64,000 nucleotides of DNA, taken from contig CAZWQF010000002.1 in assembly GCA_964636285.1 (NCBI GenBank), positions 9,669 to 73,668 of the forward strand, read 5' to 3'. The notes below the pieces were generated by a model. The model was not told the DNA's origin, did no database searches, and worked only from the letters and a program-made list of their open reading frames with translations. The DNA is from an uncultured Candidatus Saccharibacteria bacterium (GTDB lineage Bacteria; Patescibacteriota; WWE3; UBA101185; 2-01-FULL-41-18). Made by a program: the position numbers and the translations under genes. Below, one piece after another: positions 61,106 to 64,000 of the stretch. Position 1 is the stretch's first letter. Each line of letters opens with the position of its first letter.

Positions 61106-62476
61106 ATGCACTACTTACTACCAAAACTGAAAAACGAGCATGATTTCGAAGAACTAGTCCGTGACCTATATCGCATCAGATATAAAAACCCAAATCTGCA
61201 GTTATATGGTCGAAAAGGCCAAAAGCAACATGGCATTGATATTATTGGAGTCGCTGGCAAAGATAGGGCTACCGATAAGGATGGAGTGATTCAATGCAAA
61301 AACCACACTGCAAACATCTCAGATGCAAAATTATGCTCAGAAATTGACGATGAACTCGCAGCTTTCGACAAATCTAGTTTCAAAGGTGGTGCTTTTACCT
61401 TCGCCACAAGTGCCTTTAGTTCGGCACCAGTCCAGGATCACGTTATAAAGATTAATGCATCCAGATCCAGGAATAAGCAAAATTCTGTCTCACTTATTTT
61501 CTGGGAAGAAATAAGCCAAGAGACTGTGAGCAATCAAGCTCTTCTTCACAAGTACTATGGCGATCAACTGTCGGTTGCACCACCTGTAAAATTTATTGTT
61601 CCTGACGCTGGTGGAACGACGCGCACAACACACATGGTCAAATTGAGCGACCTCGAAGACCAAACAAAGACGCCAATGCTTTTGACAGACCTCAAAGCGA
61701 CATGCCTAGCCAATATCGGCAATATTCGTAAAACGGACCCTTACAACTTGTACCTGGGAATATCAACGCATAGCGATGTGAATTTTAACTCACGGGTTGA
61801 TTTGCATGTTGACGCTTCAGAATTCTTTTCTGACATGGATGATTTGGATATTAAGTACAAACACATTGTTGCAGGACTTGTAAGTCTTTCCTCAGTCTTG
61901 GGAGACCCCTTCTTTTCCAAAAGAATTGTCATTACCTCAGATATTGAATCTAACCTTGCACTAATGGTTGGTAAAGTTTTTAGAAAACATCGATTTGAGA
62001 TCGACATACTATTCAAAGAGGTTTATCTAACCTCGAAAAAGGATGAATTGGCCTATTACCCATCACTAATCGATGAAACTTTCTTACTCACCCAAACATC
62101 AGTCGATGTCGTTCCCGAAGACCTTGTTTTCGTTGTAAATATGGCGCTACGAACAGACATTACAAAAGATGTTATGGGGTATGCGAAAACTTACATACCT
62201 AACGCAGTATTTCGGTTTTATGGACTTAGTAATGGAAATGCTGTGGTGCATTCAGCGCATGCAAGCTCAATCGCAGAAGATATTGGAGCGAAACTGCACA
62301 ACTTTCAGGGCCTGGGGCTAAAACGTATACATATCTTCATGGCAACTCCCAAACCACTCGCAATGTTGATTGGACATAAGATCAATACCCTTAACACAGA
62401 ATTGCATTTGTACTTTAGAAGTTCTGATAGGAGTACCTATCTTAAAACGGGAGTATTGAAAAACAATACTTTTTGA
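61106..62476 (+). CDS. Mrr-type PD-(D/E)xK nuclease fused to a long C-terminal domain (putative SAVED sensor; Cap4-like CBASS effector)
   Basis: N-terminal 150 aa match the Mrr_cat pattern (FEELVRDLY...HGIDIIGV...DGVIQCKNH...FATSAFSS). About 300 aa unassigned C-terminal. The ORF track gives a GTG start at 61049; the ATG at 61106 is preferred. Directly followed by the NTase gene. Confidence 0.5.
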   Translation: MHYLLPKLKNEHDFEELVRDLYRIRYKNPNLQLYGRKGQKQHGIDIIGVAGKDRATDKDGVIQCKNHTANISDAKLCSEIDDELAAFDKSSFKGGAFTFATSAFSSAPVQDHVIKINASRSRNKQNSVSLIFWEEISQETVSNQALLHKYYGDQLSVAPPVKFIVPDAGGTTRTTHMVKLSDLEDQTKTPMLLTDLKATCLANIGNIRKTDPYNLYLGISTHSDVNFNSRVDLHVDASEFFSDMDDLDIKYKHIVAGLVSLSSVLGDPFFSKRIVITSDIESNLALMVGKVFRKHRFEIDILFKEVYLTSKKDELAYYPSLIDETFLLTQTSVDVVPEDLVFVVNMALRTDITKDVMGYAKTYIPNAVFRFYGLSNGNAVVHSAHASSIAEDIGAKLHNFQGLGLKRIHIFMATPKPLAMLIGHKINTLNTELHLYFRSSDRSTYLKTGVLKNNTF

Positions 62477-62488
62477 AGAGAAAACCTT

Positions 62489-63856
62489 ATGACAATAAAT
62501 AATTACTTTGATAAGTTTTTGGAAAACATCGAACCTAATAAGAAATATAAGGATTATGCTATAGCGGCGCATACGAAAGTTAGGGAATACCTTGAGAGTG
62601 AGGACTCACAATTTTCTGCATTCGTAAATACCAGTTTTCTATACGGCTCCTACGCAAGGTTTACCGCAGAAGGAAACATAAAAGATGTCGATATCTGCTT
62701 GATAGTAAATTTCGATCACACGAAAGCAGAAAATAGCCCAAGCAAGGTTTTGCCAAAGTTAAAAGCTGCACTTACTCGGCTTTACAAAGATCCAGGAGCT
62801 ACAGATTATCAACGGAAATCAATACAAGTCCTCGAACCATTGCCTGAGGACAAAGAAACGGAACTTACATTAGATATTATCCCGGCCATTCTTACTGGAT
62901 CTGATCAAGAAAAGCTCCTTGTACCTGACACTGAAAACGACACTTGGGTCTATACCCACCCGAAGGCGCACCTAGAATATACATCCACCATGAACGACGA
63001 CAAACATGGAAAAGGCATGTTCGTTCCACTTGTGAAAATAATGAAACACTGGTGGAAATTTCAATCAGAAGATGAAAAAGCAAAACCAAAGGGTTTTTGG
63101 TTAGAGATGCTTACAGGAGATGTATTTGACCCTAGTAAAAAAACCTATGCTGAGCATTTCGTGACTGTGCTACAAGGAATAAGTAAGAAGTTTTTCAATT
63201 ACGAAAACATGACTGAAGTTCCGGCTATAGACGATGTTGGATTACCTGGGGAAACACTAAAAACTAGTATGACACTGGGAGAGTTTGTGCATTTTATGGA
63301 TGCAGTGAACGATACCTTAGCAATTGCTCAAGAGGCACTTGGATCAACAAACATAGATGCATCGATACATTTATGGAATGCCGTATTCGGTGACGAATTT
63401 CCGAAGTCTGAAAAAAGTACGACGTTTGATCTTTCCAAAATTGTCGAGTTCATTGGTCTATTCATTGCCCCAAATGAACAATATTTAAAAAGAGATTTTG
63501 GAATTTCTTTTGAAGACCACGATTACACTGTAAAGATAGACGCAACAGCCACTCAGAACGGATTCCGGCCTACTCTTATAAGCAGAGTGCCCCTGATTAA
63601 GAAAAAGGCTGAATTAGTTTTTGGGATTACCAAGTGTAATGTGCCGGAACCATATTCGGTAATGTGGAAAGTAAAGAATACTGGAAAAGAAGCGACGAGA
63701 ATCGGTCAACAAAGAGGAGAGATTACACATGACCGTGGCAAACGGAAAAAAGTTGAATCAACTTTATATACAGGTACACATTTTGTGGAATGCTACATTA
63801 TAGATAGCCGAAAAGTGTGCGTGGGGTGGGATAGGGTAAAAGTCCGAATTCCTTAG
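62489..63856 (+). CDS. cGAS/DncV-like nucleotidyltransferase (CD-NTase/SMODS-type)
   Basis: Pol-beta NTase core GS...DxD (FLYGSYARFTAEGNIKDVDICLIV) and a third acidic residue about 65 aa downstream (ELTLDIIPA). The N-terminal helical lead-in is typical of CD-NTases. 455 aa. Confidence 0.55.
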   Translation: MTINNYFDKFLENIEPNKKYKDYAIAAHTKVREYLESEDSQFSAFVNTSFLYGSYARFTAEGNIKDVDICLIVNFDHTKAENSPSKVLPKLKAALTRLYKDPGATDYQRKSIQVLEPLPEDKETELTLDIIPAILTGSDQEKLLVPDTENDTWVYTHPKAHLEYTSTMNDDKHGKGMFVPLVKIMKHWWKFQSEDEKAKPKGFWLEMLTGDVFDPSKKTYAEHFVTVLQGISKKFFNYENMTEVPAIDDVGLPGETLKTSMTLGEFVHFMDAVNDTLAIAQEALGSTNIDASIHLWNAVFGDEFPKSEKSTTFDLSKIVEFIGLFIAPNEQYLKRDFGISFEDHDYTVKIDATATQNGFRPTLISRVPLIKKKAELVFGITKCNVPEPYSVMWKVKNTGKEATRIGQQRGEITHDRGKRKKVESTLYTGTHFVECYIIDSRKVCVGWDRVKVRIP

Positions 63857-64000
63857 TTTTTCCATTTTCGATCTATGTTTCAAGCTATGTAATTTCACTA
63901 TAAGTACGCCTATTGATATATCCAATGTTACAACCAAGTTTGGGGGAGATCACGCTCCCAAAGACTAAATGCTTATCTAACTGCAAAAAAAGGCAAATTT

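Overview
This 64-kb window comes from a low-GC bacterium with reduced-genome traits, possibly Patescibacteria/CPR-like; that assignment is inference. The traits are a DNA polymerase I without the 5'-3' exonuclease domain, a short ClpC/ClpB with an N-terminal zinc ribbon, rplS outside its usual operon, and CCA encoded in all four tRNAs. It falls into three blocks.

(1) 1-24.6 kb is a cell-envelope glycan/EPS locus. It holds about 9 glycosyltransferases (GT2 and GT4), a GT-C-like polytopic membrane protein, a Wzx-type flippase, an exosortase/archaeosortase-family protein next to a tiny, highly charged protein with a PEF-CTERM-like tail, a polysaccharide-lyase-like protein, a CE4 deacetylase, tRNA-Glu, an ABC-F ATPase and an MFS transporter.

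(2) 24.6-41 kb is housekeeping, mostly on the minus strand: YvcK, tRNA-Lys, Nudix, a ZIP transporter, rplS, ClpC, PolA, gatC-gatA-[HEPN-like insert]-gatB, LemA, PolX, tRNA-Asp, a LysM protein and tRNA-Gly.

(3) 41-64 kb is an integrative conjugative-type element inserted at the 3' end of tRNA-Gly. It carries a large serine recombinase, a TrwB/VirD4-like coupling protein and a minimal Gram-positive-type T4SS (VirB2-like pilin, pilin-VirB6 fusion, VirB3-like, VirB4 split by an apparent +1 frameshift, M23 hydrolase). Cargo includes DUF2958, a Replic_Relax-like protein, and an overlapping-gene module (GIY-YIG/T5orf172, DUF2726, PII-like NIF3-insert homologue, SET domain, alpha/beta hydrolase, unknown). 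It also carries an HNH+SEC-C protein and a Type II RM unit (C protein, HNH REase, two m5C MTases co-oriented with a LexA-like repressor).

At the window end is a two-gene CBASS-like pair: an Mrr-type PD-(D/E)xK nuclease with a long C-terminal putative SAVED sensor, followed by a CD-NTase-like nucleotidyltransferase. The element's right boundary was not found in the window. No rRNA and no CRISPR array were seen.
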